From NCBI GenBank assembly GCA_964016885.1, contig OZ024740.1, positions 309,566,001 through 309,630,000 on the forward strand: DNA of 64,000 bases. Direction: 5' to 3'. This DNA is from Eledone cirrhosa. Taxonomy: Eukaryota. How positions within the stretch are numbered: the first letter of the stretch is position 1; each line of letters starts with the position of its first letter. The notes beneath the pieces are model-generated. The model saw only the letters and a program-made list of their open reading frames with translations, did not search any database and had not been told where the DNA came from. Positions 40,471 to 54,585 of this stretch are shown here, piece after piece. A program made the translations under genes and the position numbers.

Positions 40471-43400
40471 CTACAGCCGCATGACCAGAGTAGGCCCACT
40501 CACACGGGCCATTCTCGCGACATTCACCCACCTTTCAGCAAATGTACTGGGGGGAAGCACTTCTCTCTCCACCCTCACATTCCTTTCCAAGTGAAACTTG
40601 AAAAAGTTGATGAGGGATTGGCCGAAGAGAAAAGTGTCTGTCTTCAGTCCTTTCAACCTCGTCCACCATACAACCTCTTTCGCTACTGCCACCAGACAGA
40701 GGAAAATTGCCTGCCCTTCCTGGCCAAAAGAAGGTGGCGGGTCGATCTTCACTATGGACTCGGCCGATAGCCGGATCCGTTCTTAACGCGACAACAGCTG
40801 TTCAACATAACTCCACAAGTCAGTAATGCACGGGCACTGGACGAGTGCGTGCAGAACGGTTTCGTTGCTCTGCGCGCATCTCGGGCAGGTCCGTCTGACT
40901 GCACTTCCGTGCCTGTAGAGTTTATCTCGAACCGGCAGTGCCCCCCGGTAGCACTGCCAAGCGAGGGATTTTTGGAAATTATCCATCGTCCCCGGCTCGA
41001 AAGTCCTCCGGTACATACTGGTTAGTTCGACTTCGTTGACTCCCAGAACCTCTCCGAGTGTGTCGTCGCACTTGCCTCTCACTAATCCTCTATAGAACTC
41101 GAGAGTGGAAGTTCCACTGACCGCATTGCTCGCCTGGTAGAGGGCAGTGAGTGCCTGGCAAGATTCCAGATGCAGTCATCCAGTCTCGGTCTCTTCTTGA
41201 CCCAGGACTGCAACTCAGTCAAAGAAACGAGCTGCGGAAAGGCCCGTCTGACAAACGGCGACCAGACCTGTTCACCGTTTAGGCAGAATATCTGGAGATG
41301 CCGCAGCCTCAGCGCGTGCCTGCGCATCATTAGCCACGGCATGCCCAGCCCTCCACGTAGAGAGTGCTGGCAGCAGATGGACCGCCTCACCAGCGGAACC
41401 CGACTCCTCCACAAGAATTTGAAGAGGAGCCGCTCCAAGATGGCGAGGCGCGAACGGGGGCAAGGGAGGACAGTCAGACGGTAGTAGATGACGACGCGAT
41501 GTACGCGTTCGCCACCTCCGCCCGACCTTTCAGTGATAGCTTCATCCCAGCCTATTTCTGGGTGAGACTGACTACCCTGCCCGTCACCTCGTCCCAATTC
41601 TTATCCACCTGGCGGTCTGGCCCGAACCAAACCCCTAGAAACTTTACCGGTCCGTCCGTCCAGCGCCTAACGACGCTGTTGGACGGCATGAACTTGCCTC
41701 TCCAGGTGCCGAGTTGCAAGCCTACTGACTTTTCCGGGTTAAGTTTTGCTCCCGTCAACCTTTCATATTCCTCCAATAAGTTGCCGACCACCTCGATTTC
41801 TGAGGTGTCCGACACCATCACGGTGATGTCGTCCGCATAAGCCGACACAGCCTTTCCACGTCCCGGTTCGAGCGGGATGCCCTGCAACAGCTCCAGCTTC
41901 CGCAATAAAGGCTCGAGAGTCAATACGTACCGAAGGGAGGAGAGAGGGCACCCTTGACGGACCGATCGGGAGACCTTAAACGGTTCCGAGTGGTGGACAT
42001 TAATTTTGACCATCGAGCAGGTGCCGCTGTGCATTGCAGCGATCCAGCTTCTGAAGACGGGGCCGAAGCCAGCCGCCTTGAGGACAGCCTCCAGGTACCG
42101 ATGGTCGACCCTATCGAATGCTTTCGATTGATCTAAATTGATCAGAGCCCCACCGAAGTCAGGTTTACACCCTACTCCCTCTATGATGTATCGCATTAGG
42201 TGGAGGTTGTCGTGTATGGACCTGGTTGGGATTGCGCAAGTTTGAGCCTCCCCAACCAAATCCCCGACGACAAGCGCCAACCTCTTCGCAAACACCCTGG
42301 CCAAAATCTTAGACTCTGTGTTGAGCAGAGTTATGGGCCTGAAATTGTTCTCGTCTTTCCGGAATATTTACGTAAAGCTCGTAGGGCAGACCATCCAAAC
42401 CGGGTGACTTGCGCCTCATGCAGCCGACAAAGGCATCCTGAATCTCGGCTGAAGTAATTGGCCTTTGGCAGCGCCCAGCGTCAGCCGTCGAGAGTTGCGG
42501 CAAGCCATCGAGGTAAGGACTGAAGTCCGCCACCATCTCTGACCCGCCACTTCCCCCGAACAACCGAGCAAAATGTTGGTGAAAGGCCTCACACATCCTC
42601 TTGGAATCGCTCAGCTCGTGCCCATCTCGGTCCCTCAGAGACCGAATCGTGGTTTTATTACCACGCTGCGCCTCTGGCACGCGGGCCCATCGAACAGCTT
42701 TGGTTCCCTCGTTTCTCAGAGCACGCGCCTTAGCTCTGACAATGCAACCTTCGTGTTTGGCATTGAAGAAATTGTCTAATGCCACTACAGATAGCCTCGT
42801 CTAACTTATCTACCAACTCCCCCTCCTTTCTATTTTTCTCTAATGCTACTTCTTTGCTAAACTCTATCGACATTACTCTAATCTCTCTTTTGAGAGCCCC
42901 CCCCCCCACCATCTATTGTTGACGATTCCCCCTGTCAACTTTTTCTTAACTAAATTGTTGACCTGGTCCCTGTAAGCCTTACGTGCCGGAAATGACATGT
43001 TTAGCTTCCAGTAACCAGGTCCTAACCTACGCGTTTTATCTAGGTCGACCATACAGATCACAAACTTGTGATCTGAATAGGCGACCGTTTCAAAACGTGG
43101 ACAGCTTACACTATTTCTGTCTATTTTCCTAATGAATATCCTGTCTATATACGATCTAGATGACTCTATGCGGTTAGCCCAGGTCCACACTGGCGCATTA
43201 GGGAAATCTAGTCGGTACCTGTCAGACAGTTGGAACTGGCTGATCAGGTTTTTGAGGCTTTTGCACCCCCCACTCCTATCGGATACTCCCACACAGTCCC
43301 AGCGTGCGTCTAAGATGCCGTTCCAGTCCCTCGCTAACAGTAAAGGGCGAGACGTACCCAGAAAGGCTTCCAGGCGTCTAAAGAAGTCCGGCCGTCCTGC

Positions 43401-43748
43401 CCCAGTAGGAGCATAGACGCCCACCAGTCTAAAGGCACCACCTTCGTTATTGTTCACGTCCAGGACCACCAACTTCCCGTCCGGGTCCCTGAAGATCGAC
43501 CTTACCTCGAGATCCAGGCCTTTCCTAAACAGCACTGCCACCCCGCCTCCCATTCCCGGCCGGCTAACAGATGCAAATATCTGATAGTCGTCGAAAATGG
43601 CGGCAAGTGCGCGTGTGTCGGAAATCCTGGTCTCGCTGACGTCAATTACATCCGTTTCTATAGACCTGAGGTCGTTGAGCAGGTGACCCTGCTTCCAGGA
43701 CGATCCCAGGCCTCGAACATTTAAACATCCTACTCTTAATATGGCCAT
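40471..43748 (-). pseudogene. L1/Tx1 ORF2 (APE, RT, C-terminal Cys-rich zf-RVT)
   Basis: LNVRGL, SETR, YIDRIF, SDH, WKLN, LDQSKAFDRVDH, VRQGCPLS, YADD, CPRC..ETVLHALVQC; split by stops and frameshifts. Confidence 0.9.
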
Positions 43749-43842
43749 GTTGGCAGGTTAAAAAGAGAGAGAGGAAGGTTTACTTACCTTCCGGGCTCTT
43801 GTGAAGGTCGGGTTGTTCGACCTCCATAGTTGGTGGGGTTTC

Positions 43843-45753
43843 TTATGGGAACCTCTTTAAAAGTCTTGAAGTGGGTTTACGTTCGGGGTTCCCACTTTCC
43901 CGAGGAAAGCTGTCTCGTATTTCTTTGAATATATCGAGCGACATTCGCACCAGAACCAAATCTTCCGGCACGCGAAATGTGCTCGATTTAAAAATTTCCC
44001 TGTCTTTTTGTATATTTTCACTTCGTGCTACGAGGGCCATCATTTCCTTGTTGGCCCTCCTGACGAGCACGAAGTTTTGTATGTTTTGATGGTGTGATTT
44101 TATTTGTTAGCGTGGTTGTGGTGGTGATGGTTTTGGTGGTGTTGTTTCGGTTGTATCTGTGTTTGTTGTGAGTGCGGTGTCTGTGGTTTCAGATGTTTGT
44201 GTGTATATTTGTTCTTGCGTCTGTTTAGGTTGTTTGCGTTTGGGGGATTCTGGTGATGGTGGTGTTGATGTTGGTGTTATTGGAGAGATGTTTGCGTGGG
44301 TGGTGTCTGCGTTTTTTATTGTGGGTGATTTTGTGCTTTGTTGAGTTTTTTTCTCTTTTTGTTTCCTTTTTTGTATTTTGGGGGATTTTGGTTTTCCCTC
44401 ATCTTCACTACTGGTAGATGAGGGGTCTGTGTCTGTAAGTGTGTCTGTATGTATGTTTATGGTTTTATTGGTGTGTGTATTTTTTGGGGGAGGGGGAATT
44501 TGACAGCTTTCCTCGTTTCCCCCCTGGGTAGTCAATGTTGGTGGTGGTCTTTCTATTGGTGTTGTTGTTGGTGGTTTTGCCGGTGCTGGTGTTGGTTGTG
44601 GTCCTTGCCCCGGCGTCGGCAGCAGTGGAGCCTTTCGACCCCTTGCCTCTTTCAGCAGTTGAGGGCAGAAGGCCCGCAAATGGTTTTTTTCCCCACAAAC
44701 AAAACACTGCGGCCTTTTGCCTTCGGTCATAATGTGAATGACCGTCCCATTCGGAAGGCGGATGTGGTCCGGGATTGTCTTCACATTCTCGGGCCTGATC
44801 TGGAGAAGGATCTCCAGGTCAACCCGGACCAGTCCTCTTTGGCCGTTCTGGTCACTTCTATAGGGACGGTATCCGTCCCCTCCACAATCACATATCCCAG
44901 AAGCCACCACATGTCAAGTCCTGGTGGGATTCTGGGAATGCGGAGACGGGCCATTCTTTTTCCCATGTGGGAGGGGTACATTATGACCTTGCTGGTTTTG
45001 CAAGGAGTCATAGCGTGTTTCATAGCGAGGTCTTCTGACTTGAACAACACCGAAATGGTGCCGTACTGTCTGCCCTTCTCTATCTATTCGGTGTCTTCTC
45101 TGATGCACCTCAGCGCGACTTCGACATCTTCTTGTGGGATTAAAGCTGCCCTTTTGGTTTGTGCTGAGATGCATCTATAATGCACCGTTCTGCGCTCCAC
45201 TGCCTCAATAGCTTCTACCGGGACAGTTAAGTTGGCCCAGGTTTGCTCTTGCTTGATGAGCTTCCATGCTTGGGCCAACTTTTCATCTTTGTTTGAGAGG
45301 TCCATGTTGAAGCATGGCCTCTTTTTTGCTGCTGCCGCAGCGAAAGTGTTCTTCTTGTTTTCGTTGGGGGTGTTGTGGTCGTTGTCGTTGTTCTTGTTGG
45401 TGTTGTTGTTATCACTGTCGCTGTTATCATTGTTGTCTTTGTTGCCACCGTTGTTCTCGGTGCAGTTGGTATTGTTGCTGTTGGTGTTGTCGCTATTTGT
45501 TTTCATGTTCGTGGTGTTGATATTTTGTTGTATTTGTTATTTTCTTTTTTGTTATCTGTATTTTCGTTGTCGCTGTTACTGTCATTCTTTTCAAAATTAG
45601 AGTTCTCATTGATATCATTGGTGTCTTTGTTTACATTGTTTGTGGTGGTGTTTGTGTTATCAATTTGTGTTAATTTCGCTGTAGCGCTCCTCTCAACTTC
45701 CACGTCGTTGTCGCACGACAGCAGACATATCGCTGGGGGCGTGGCTCAGCCAT
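43843..45753 (-). pseudogene. L1/Tx1 ORF1 (Asn-rich N-terminus, CCHC zinc knuckle)
   Basis: CFVCGEKNHLRAFC fits CX2CX4HX4C; frameshifted pieces. Confidence 0.8.
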
Positions 45754-46635
45754 GTTTTTTTTCTCCGTAAATGTTTTAACATGTAAAAAAATTCAAATGT
45801 TTGGGCCAAAAGGTCCAAATATTATACTTTCCCCTTCACAGGGCAAAGTTCAAAGGCTTATATCCCTTACACAACAAGAAATATTTAATAACAATTAATT
45901 TTAACAGGCAAATAAAGCGACTTACTGGGAGCGAGCAAAATACGTCCGCTTAGACCAATAATAATAATAATGGTGGTGCATTGACAGTATCGGTAAAGAG
46001 TCTGGCAATATCCTTTACGACAATCCCACCGAGGTTAGCTTTGTCTTTCATCGTTACGTGGTCGATATATTAAAGTAGCAGTAATACACTGCGGTTGATT
46101 TAATCGACTTTCCCCTCACCCAAAATTGCTGACCTTGTGCCAAAATCAGAATAATAATAATTGTTTCTACTTTAGGCACAAGGCCAGCAATTACCCAGTA
46201 CATTACTGGTACTTTATTTTTCGACCCCGTAAGGATGAAAGGCAAAATTAACCTCGACAGGATTTGAACTCAGATCGTAGAGGGACGTAACTATGCTGGA
46301 AAGCATGTCCCTTCTGCTATAACATACAAACACACATACACACACATATATGTATTTATCTCACTCTGTCCCTCTCTCTCAATATAAGTATGTGTGTGTA
46401 TGTGTGTCCTCGACACATATTAACTTTGGTTGTCTGTTTTATTACAGACCGACTAAGATATCAGAAGCTGTATTGTATAGAATGGTTGACATAACAAATA
46501 TTTATATTTGATTTATTTACTATACATATGGGGTAAGGCCGTTATAAAATAAAACAAGTGATAGGTATTAAAATATAATAAAGATGATAATTATCACAAG
46601 ATTGAGGGTTACCCACCTAAAAATAAGTTCTTTGT

Positions 46636-46708
46636 TGGAGAATCCGGGCATCGATCCCGGTACCTCTCACATGCTAAGCGAGCGCTCTACCATCTGAGCT
46701 AATTCCCC
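46636..46708 (-). tRNA. trnA-AGC: tRNA-Ala(AGC), intact
   Basis: Canonical cloverleaf, T5 terminator. Confidence 0.92.
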
Positions 46709-46808
46709 TTGCTTGTTATCTTCAATGGTTCTTGCTGATAACTTTCTTTTCCTGTCATTCATTATAGGAATATTTATCTTGTTGTTGTTGTAGTTGCTGC
46801 TGCTGCAG

Positions 46809-46858
<50 letters not shown>

Positions 46859-47130
46859 CTTCTTCTTCTTCTTCTTCTTCTTCTTCTTCTTCTTCTTCTT
46901 CTTCTTCTTCTTCTTCTTCTTCTTCTTCTTCTTCTTCTTCTTCTTCTTCTGCTGCTGCTGTATTGGCAGTATCGTAAAGCGTAGGACAATATGCTATGAG
47001 ACATAAAGTTACGGCCCTTTATTTACTGCGTTGAATTCCCGCCGAGGTTAGCTTTACTTTTCATTGGTACATGGTCGATATAATAAAGTATCAGTAAAGC
47101 ACAAAACTCCTGGCCTTGATAGGGCGGTGG

Positions 47131-47320
47131 ATTGGCAGTATCGGTAGAGGGTCGGACGCCATGCTTTGACGCATAGAGTTACGGCCCTTTCTATTCTGAG
47201 TTCAAATCCCGCCGAGGTTAACTTTGCCTTTCACCCTTACGGGGTTGATAAAATAAAGTACCAGTAATGCACTGGGCAATTGTTGACCTTATGCCAAAAG
47301 TGGAAACAATTATTATTATT
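47131..47320 (+). mobile_element. tRNA-derived SINE copy
   Basis: Close match to 1297-1482. Confidence 0.8.
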
Positions 47321-47648
47321 TAGCGATCGATTGGCAGTATCAGTAAAGGGCCGGATTCCATGCTTGCAGCGTAGAGTTACGCCCATTTACGGTGTTTTAT
47401 TTTCATTATACAACACGCATACACCCACGCGCACACGCACACTCACAGGCACGTACGCACATACACGCACACACACACATATATATATATATATACATGT
47501 ACACCTGTGTGTGTGTAAGTATATGTATGTATGCATAGAAACCTAAGTGTAGAAATATGTATGTATGTATAAGTTTATAAGAGGGAACAGTAAATAGATA
47601 TATGGAAAAGCATGGATCATCTGACTGATAAAATGACAAGTCAGTCAA

Positions 47649-48420
47649 TCATATAGGTGGCCTCCCCACAGCCCCGGCGGACTGAATAGAGAAGGCATTT
47701 CCCCGGAGGATGGCAAGGGAGACGCGCTGGAAAAGCCATTCCAACTCCCGGCACTCACACCTGTGGCTGGCCAGTTCAGCGTCTATGGTGGTGAATAGGG
47801 AGGTAGCCCTATGGCCGAGGACACCAGAAGTCTCCACTGCCAAGTGTATAACCGCAAACCTGTCGGAGAGCGACCGGTACTTGAAGAGCTTGGCCTCCTC
47901 AGCCCGATGTGCAGCAGAACCTGGGTTAGTCGCAGACTGCACCAGGTTGCGGCTGCAGAAAGTGTCGGTGCAAGTGGAACGGGAAGATGGTCATGCCATC
48001 TAGCCTTTGTCCATCCCCTCGGTCCAGCCCCACCGGCTCGAGCTGGGAAGGGAAGCCTGCAGCGTCCAAGCTATGCTTTATGACCTCGTTGAAGGCAGCA
48101 TGTCGTGGAAGGCGGCAAGCACTGTGGCGACAGAAAAGCGGGTGGAGGCCGAAAGAGTCCACGATGGATCCACAGCGACATTGGTGTGGGTCGCAGATCC
48201 AGAGGCCGAGCCCCAAGGAAACGCCGATGCGTGCCAGTGGAGAAGGATGGCAAGGCATGGAGCCAGGCACCATTGGGGTTTGGAGGCCGCACGAAAACAG
48301 GCAAGGTGGTGCTGGTCGAACGGTCGCGTGAGCCTGTCTGAAGCTAGGCTTCTCTGGATGGCATCCCAAATGCTTTTTTTTTGGGGGGGGGGGGGACTTG
48401 ACGTCAGCAGGGGGAGAAGG
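47649..48420 (-). mobile_element. CRE-like LINE 3' fragment (zinc knuckle and RLE)
   Basis: CRCG..D..GLH...C....RLPRH..FN, LEPVGLDRGDG.R.DG, AEEAK..KY..L, AVETSG.LG, FQRVSLAILRGNA. Confidence 0.8.
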
Positions 48421-48829
48421 AGGAGAGACGTCTACTGGGCTAAGTCCCAGCCGGTCCCACGTCTTACAGCCGGCCTCACATCAGGAGGTAAAATATTCAG
48501 CAGCAATTTAGATGAACTGGCTTTTATCTCACTCTGTCACTCTTTCACTATAAGTGTGTATGTATGTGTGTCCTCCGCCACATATTAAGTTTGGTTGTCT
48601 GTTTTATTATAGACCAACTAAGATATCAGAAGCAGTTTCAGGTAGAATTTTGATATATCATATATTTATATTTGATTTATTATACATATGGGGTAATACC
48701 ATAATAGAAAAGACTGATAAGTAGAACAAGTGATAGGTATGAAAATATAATAAAGATGATAATTATCACAAGCTATGATATAAAACTTTAAAACATTCAG
48801 TGTTACCCACCTAAAAACATGTCCTTTAC

Positions 48830-48902
48830 TGGAGAATCCGGGCGTCGATCCCGGTACCTCTCACATGCTAAGCGAGCGCTCTACCATCTGAGCTAATTCC
48901 CC
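48830..48902 (-). tRNA. trnA-AGC: tRNA-Ala(AGC), intact
   Basis: Identical to the 20878 copy, T5 terminator. Confidence 0.92.
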
Positions 48903-48973
48903 TTTCTTGTTATTTGAAATAGTTCCTTTGTGATAACATTCTTTTCCTTTCATTCATTATTGTATTTTCCATC

Positions 48974-49026
<53 letters not shown>

Positions 49027-49978
49027 CTTCTTCTTCTTCTTCTTCTTCTTCTTCTTCTTCTTCTTCTTCTTCTTCTTCTTCTTCTTCTTCTTCTTCTTCT
49101 TCTTCTTCTTCTTCTTCTTCTTCTTCTTCTTCTTCTTCTTCTTCTTCTATTAATGGTTCCTTATAGGCACAAGGCCAGCAATTTTTTTTTGGGGTGTAAA
49201 GTCGATTTAATCGCCTCAGTGCGTGGCTGGTACTTTATTTTATCGACCTCGTAAGGATGAAAGGCAAAGTTAACCTTGGCGGGATTTGAACTCGGATCAC
49301 GAAGGGCCATAACTCTATGATACAAAGCATGGTGTCTGACGCTCTAACGATACTGAATGGTGGTGTATTGGCAGTATCGTAAAGCGTCCGACAATAAGCT
49401 TTACGACATACAGTTACGGCCCTTTACGTTCTATGTTGAAATCCCGCCGAGGTTAGCTTTACTTTTCATCGTTACGTGGTTCATATAATAAAGTAGCAGT
49501 AATACACCTGGGTTGATTTAATCGACATTCCCCTCACCCAAAATTGCTGGCCTTGTGCCTAAATCAAAATAATATTATTATTATTTTCTGCTACAACATT
49601 TCCTACTTATTTCCTTGTATTTCTTCATCCTTGATTGTGAATCCTAATCTTTTATTCTTTTATCCTTCTTTTATCTTTCTTTGTCCAAGTAATCAATTGA
49701 TGTAGTTCAGCCTCTTTATATATCTTATAAATAAAGACTATAGCTCATTGTTTCTGAGGAAGACGATGATATGGAGACTAGTAATATATGGTAACATAAC
49801 CATTACCAGTAAAGCAATATATTGATTTATCATGATCAATTGACCTTCTGAATCGATCGTAAAACATTGAACTAATTAAAGCACAAAACTTCTACTTTTG
49901 TTTTATTTTCATTGTACAACACACACATACACACACACTTGTGTATATACATACATACATATATATACATATATATAC

Positions 49979-50106
<128 letters not shown>

Positions 50107-50313
50107 ATAATAATAAATTTGAAGACTAAAAGCCAAAGAGGGCTCGATAAGGATAAATATATATCAAATATATAAGAACTGTATAGCAAATATTTATTAA
50201 AATAACGGATATATAAATATATTATAATTAGGGATCAATATATCAGTATTGCATCATATGCATATCTAATAACATATTACATATGTTTCACTGCATATAT
50301 ATATATATATATC

Positions 50314-50663
<350 letters not shown>

Positions 50664-50669
50664 ATATAC

Positions 50670-51035
50670 ACTCAGATGGTGGATGGGTGCTACACGAGAA
50701 TGCTGAGGATGGCTCTGAACATTAATCAGTATACACTGAGGATGAAAAAACTCAGAGCTGTATGGGAGCATCCCAAAAGTCAGCTCAAAAGTGACACAGA
50801 GGAGACTGAGGTTAGCTGGACATGCTCACCGACATCCAGAGTTGACATTGCACTCAGTGCCCCTTTGGGAGCCCCTACATGGACACACTAAAAGAGGAAG
50901 ACCAAGGTTAACGTATGTTGATGCCCTAAGGACAGACACTGGTCTGTTGGAGAAGCAGGACATGGCAGCGATAATGAGGGACAAAGACCACTGGAGAGAA
51001 CTCGTCCATGGATCTCGGTAATTTTACCCGCCTTA
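50670..51035 (+). mobile_element. RTE-like LINE 3' fragment
   Basis: [14 protein letters not shown]; [31 protein letters not shown]. Confidence 0.75.
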
Positions 51036-51062
51036 GATATATATATATATACATATATATAG

Positions 51063-51171
<109 letters not shown>

Positions 51172-51189
51172 CATATATACATATATATA

Positions 51190-53739
51190 ATCACCCTAGA
51201 TCTATAGTTAAGGCCGTAGTTAAGAGTGTCTTTGACAGGATCTCTTACTTGTCGGCCAATAAAGAGATCTTCAATAGTAACGCTGATTACTGTTACTCAG
51301 CGCTAGCTAAGGCGTCCCACAGCCATAGGATCAGCTATAACCCTAAGGGACATGGTCGAGATGACTCAAGGGTACCCAGGACCAATACCCTCAGGGGCAT
51401 GAGTCGCCCACCTAATACCTCGGTGACCAGTAGTAACACTCCCAGACCCCTATCCGTCACTACCCCCGGTAGAAGGTCCCGCTTACCCCACCGGTCTAAT
51501 ACCTACAACGCTGAAGACCACTTTGCTGCGGAGCATAGGCACCCCTGCACCGACCCCACCACCCGCCTAACCCTAATTGAGCAGGGAGGCTTCACCTTGC
51601 AGGTTTATAGCCCCACGGTGCGCCCATATAACCCTCATGATAGTGACCGCTCCGCACACCTGAGTGACACCAACCGAGCTCGACCTGAGCTGTGCACAAC
51701 CACGCAATGGCCCACGGCGGACACCCAACAATCCCGCAAGAATAGGACCAGGAAGGTCACATGGTATAACCCTCCATACTCGGTGGGTCTACGTACCAGC
51801 CTGGCTAGAACATTCTTTAGAGTACTGGATAAATGTTTCCCTAGGGCCCACAAATACCATAAAATATTCAACAGGCACACAGTGAAACGTTTCTACTCAA
51901 CCACACGCTCTGTAGCCCAGCATATAGCTGGCATAAATAGGAATAGGCTCACTGCCTCTAATACCAACAGAACCAGCACCCGGGACGCACCGGAACCCGG
52001 ACAGGCCCAACTAGCACACCGGAACCCAACGACCCTGTGCTGATTGCGGAGGCTACCCAGCCAACCCCGAGTGATGGTAACCACGCGGTACATGTGGTGG
52101 GGCTTAAGAAGTTATGTAATTGCAGAGACCCATCACTATGCCCCCTTAGTAATGAATGCATGACGAAAAACGTAGTCTACAGGTGCAAGGTCACAACTCG
52201 GAGCACCACTACATAGGAACCACAGCGACGAGCTTCAAAGATCGGTGGTATAACCATCGCTATTCCTTTAACAGAATAGATAAGAGGAAATGTACGGCCC
52301 TTTCTGAATTGATCTGGAAGCTCAAACTTGAAAATACCCCGCCCTCTCTGGTCTGGTCCGTGGTTAGAAAGGTTCCCCCAGACAGAGGCGGGTCTGGTAT
52401 TTGCAACCTCTGTCTTAGTGAGGCACTCGAGATTCTTCATGGCGGAACCAAGCTATTAAACAGAAGGGCCGACTTATTCGGTGTCTGCAGACACCTAAGG
52501 ACGGGAACTTCCCTCAAGCTATATGGATAAACTCCGGTTAAGGCCTCCCACAACGCCCTCCCCCTGTAGGTCCCCTGTAGGTCCCCTGTAGGTACCAATG
52601 ACCAATGGACAACAACAACCACCCATAGTTTGTGGTCCCTATGGTAGATGGTCCACCGGATCCTCTACTGGTTAGGAGTCATCAAAACCACGTTTTATTG
52701 AACCTGATTTTATATATATATATAGCATGTGTATATATATATATATATTTTATGTGTATATATGTGTATTTTATATATATGTATGTATATATATGTATAT
52801 ATTTTATATATATATGTATATGTATGTGTATTTTATATATATATATGTATGTATGTTTTATGTGTGTATATATTTTATATATGTATATATTTTATGTATA
52901 TATATATATTTTATATATATATATTTTATATATATGTATGTTCTGTGTATATATATATATATATGTATGTTCTGTGTATATATATATATATATTATATAT
53001 ATATATATACTTGTGCGTACATACACATATATATAAACACACCTGTATGGATTTGTGTGTGTAGATGTGTGTGTGTCTGAGGGGGTAGGTGTGAGTGTAT
53101 GTACAAGTCAACCAGCATAAACCTTTTATTTCTAAATTTTCTAAACTATCTAAGTATTGGACTCTAACCATTATTTTATGTATTACCACCCCACATTTTG
53201 TATGTGTGGATGTGTGTGTGTGTGTCTGTGGAGGTTGGTGTGGCAAGCCAACCTACATAAGTCTTTTTATTTGTAAATTTTCTACTCTAACCATAAATTT
53301 CAGTAGCACCACTCCACATAAATTCCTCAATTTAAGAATGACCTGTAGTATCTATTTCATACTATTAATCTTAAATGAATATATATCTGACCAGGAATGC
53401 CTTTTGTGAAAATCAGTCATATGGAACTATTGTCATCTTGCCTGACGGTTTGAACTTTACAACACCACCTGCCTCTTTGAGGTCAAATACCAACGCTACT
53501 AGCATCTACAAACTGACCAATAGTAAGACTATTCCTGCTGACAACATTAAATTATTCCTAACAAGCTCATATGTCCCAAGTCTCTGATACCATCAACACT
53601 ATAAACACAGAGCTGGCATATCTAAGAACTGACTAACTGCCTGATGAGGTCATAGCCATTCAATGGCTATCATCGAAATATATATAGCAGTAAATAAAGG
53701 ATTATGAGTTCATGCAATTGACTTATATTTCTTCACTAT

Positions 53740-53740
<1 letters not shown>
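51190..53740 (+). mobile_element. Penelope-like element, 3' part (GIY-YIG, 3' region, hammerhead)
   Basis: RKVTWYNPPYS..HKIFNRHTVK; HYIGTTATSFKDRWYNH..CNLCLSE..LLNRR..CRH; hammerhead and AATAAA at 53636-53698. Confidence 0.8.
53636..53691 (+). ncRNA. Type I hammerhead ribozyme (minimal, Penelope-associated)
   Basis: ACTGC-CTGATGA-GGTCATAGCCA..TGGCTATCATC-GAAA-TATATA-TA-GCAGT; intact core, palindromic stem III. Confidence 0.8.
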
Positions 53741-53812
<72 letters not shown>

Positions 53813-54442
53813 GGTAAATGTTTTCTATCTCGATAGAACTATTTGAAAGTTACAAAAAGTTCTTCTCTAATAAAATTTGAACTACGTCTTTTTCTTAACT
53901 ATATATTGAAAATGTAAACACAATATCTTTCGTAACCCTTAAATTATAAAATAATATTTGAATTATTTATCTACTTAAAATAACAACCATATAATCACCA
54001 ATAATATTTATATTTATATTTTTATTTATTTATATAAATATAAATATTTATATAAATGACCTGTTGTAATATAATAAGCTTAAGTATACTTACAACCTTA
54101 GTTCTTCATAAAATCTAATTATAAGGATTATCTATATAATATAACTCATGATTTGGTTATATATTTTAAATTTTTAGAGTAGTATTCTACCACTTCAACA
54201 CATTTTTTAATTTTTAAATTTACTTTCATCTTCCTTTATAAAGTATCCTAATAATTATTAAAAATTTACCTAGCGTCTAAATATAACGACTTTTTCAGTC
54301 TACGCTTCTACTTCATTTACATATCCATCCTAAACATTTGAAATTTGTTTTCTTTTTTCTTTTTCCTTTCACTATCCAAACGGAACGTGAACCGATAAGA
54401 TCTGGTTTCTGGGGTATGTCAATATTTATAAAACAAATTTTG

Positions 54443-54508
54443 TATTTTATCTGATGAGGGCGCACCAAAGTTTTTGGTACCCTTGAAATATATATATATA
54501 ATAAAATA
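54443..54508 (+). ncRNA. Type I hammerhead motif with decayed stem II
   Basis: TATTTTAT-CTGATGA-GGGCGCACCAAAG..TTTTGGTACCCTT-GAAA-(TA)n-TA-ATAAAATA. Confidence 0.6.
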
Positions 54509-54544
54509 AATATGGTTTTATAAATATAGTTTCCATTTATTAAT

Positions 54545-54584
<40 letters not shown>

Positions 54585-54585
<1 letters not shown>

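Larger units (their letters stand above)
40149..45956 (-). mobile_element. Full-length but disrupted L1/Tx1-clade LINE
   Basis: Two ORFs, AATAAA then (ATT)n tail at 40149-40203; CCAATAATAATAATAAT present at both ends. Confidence 0.9.
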
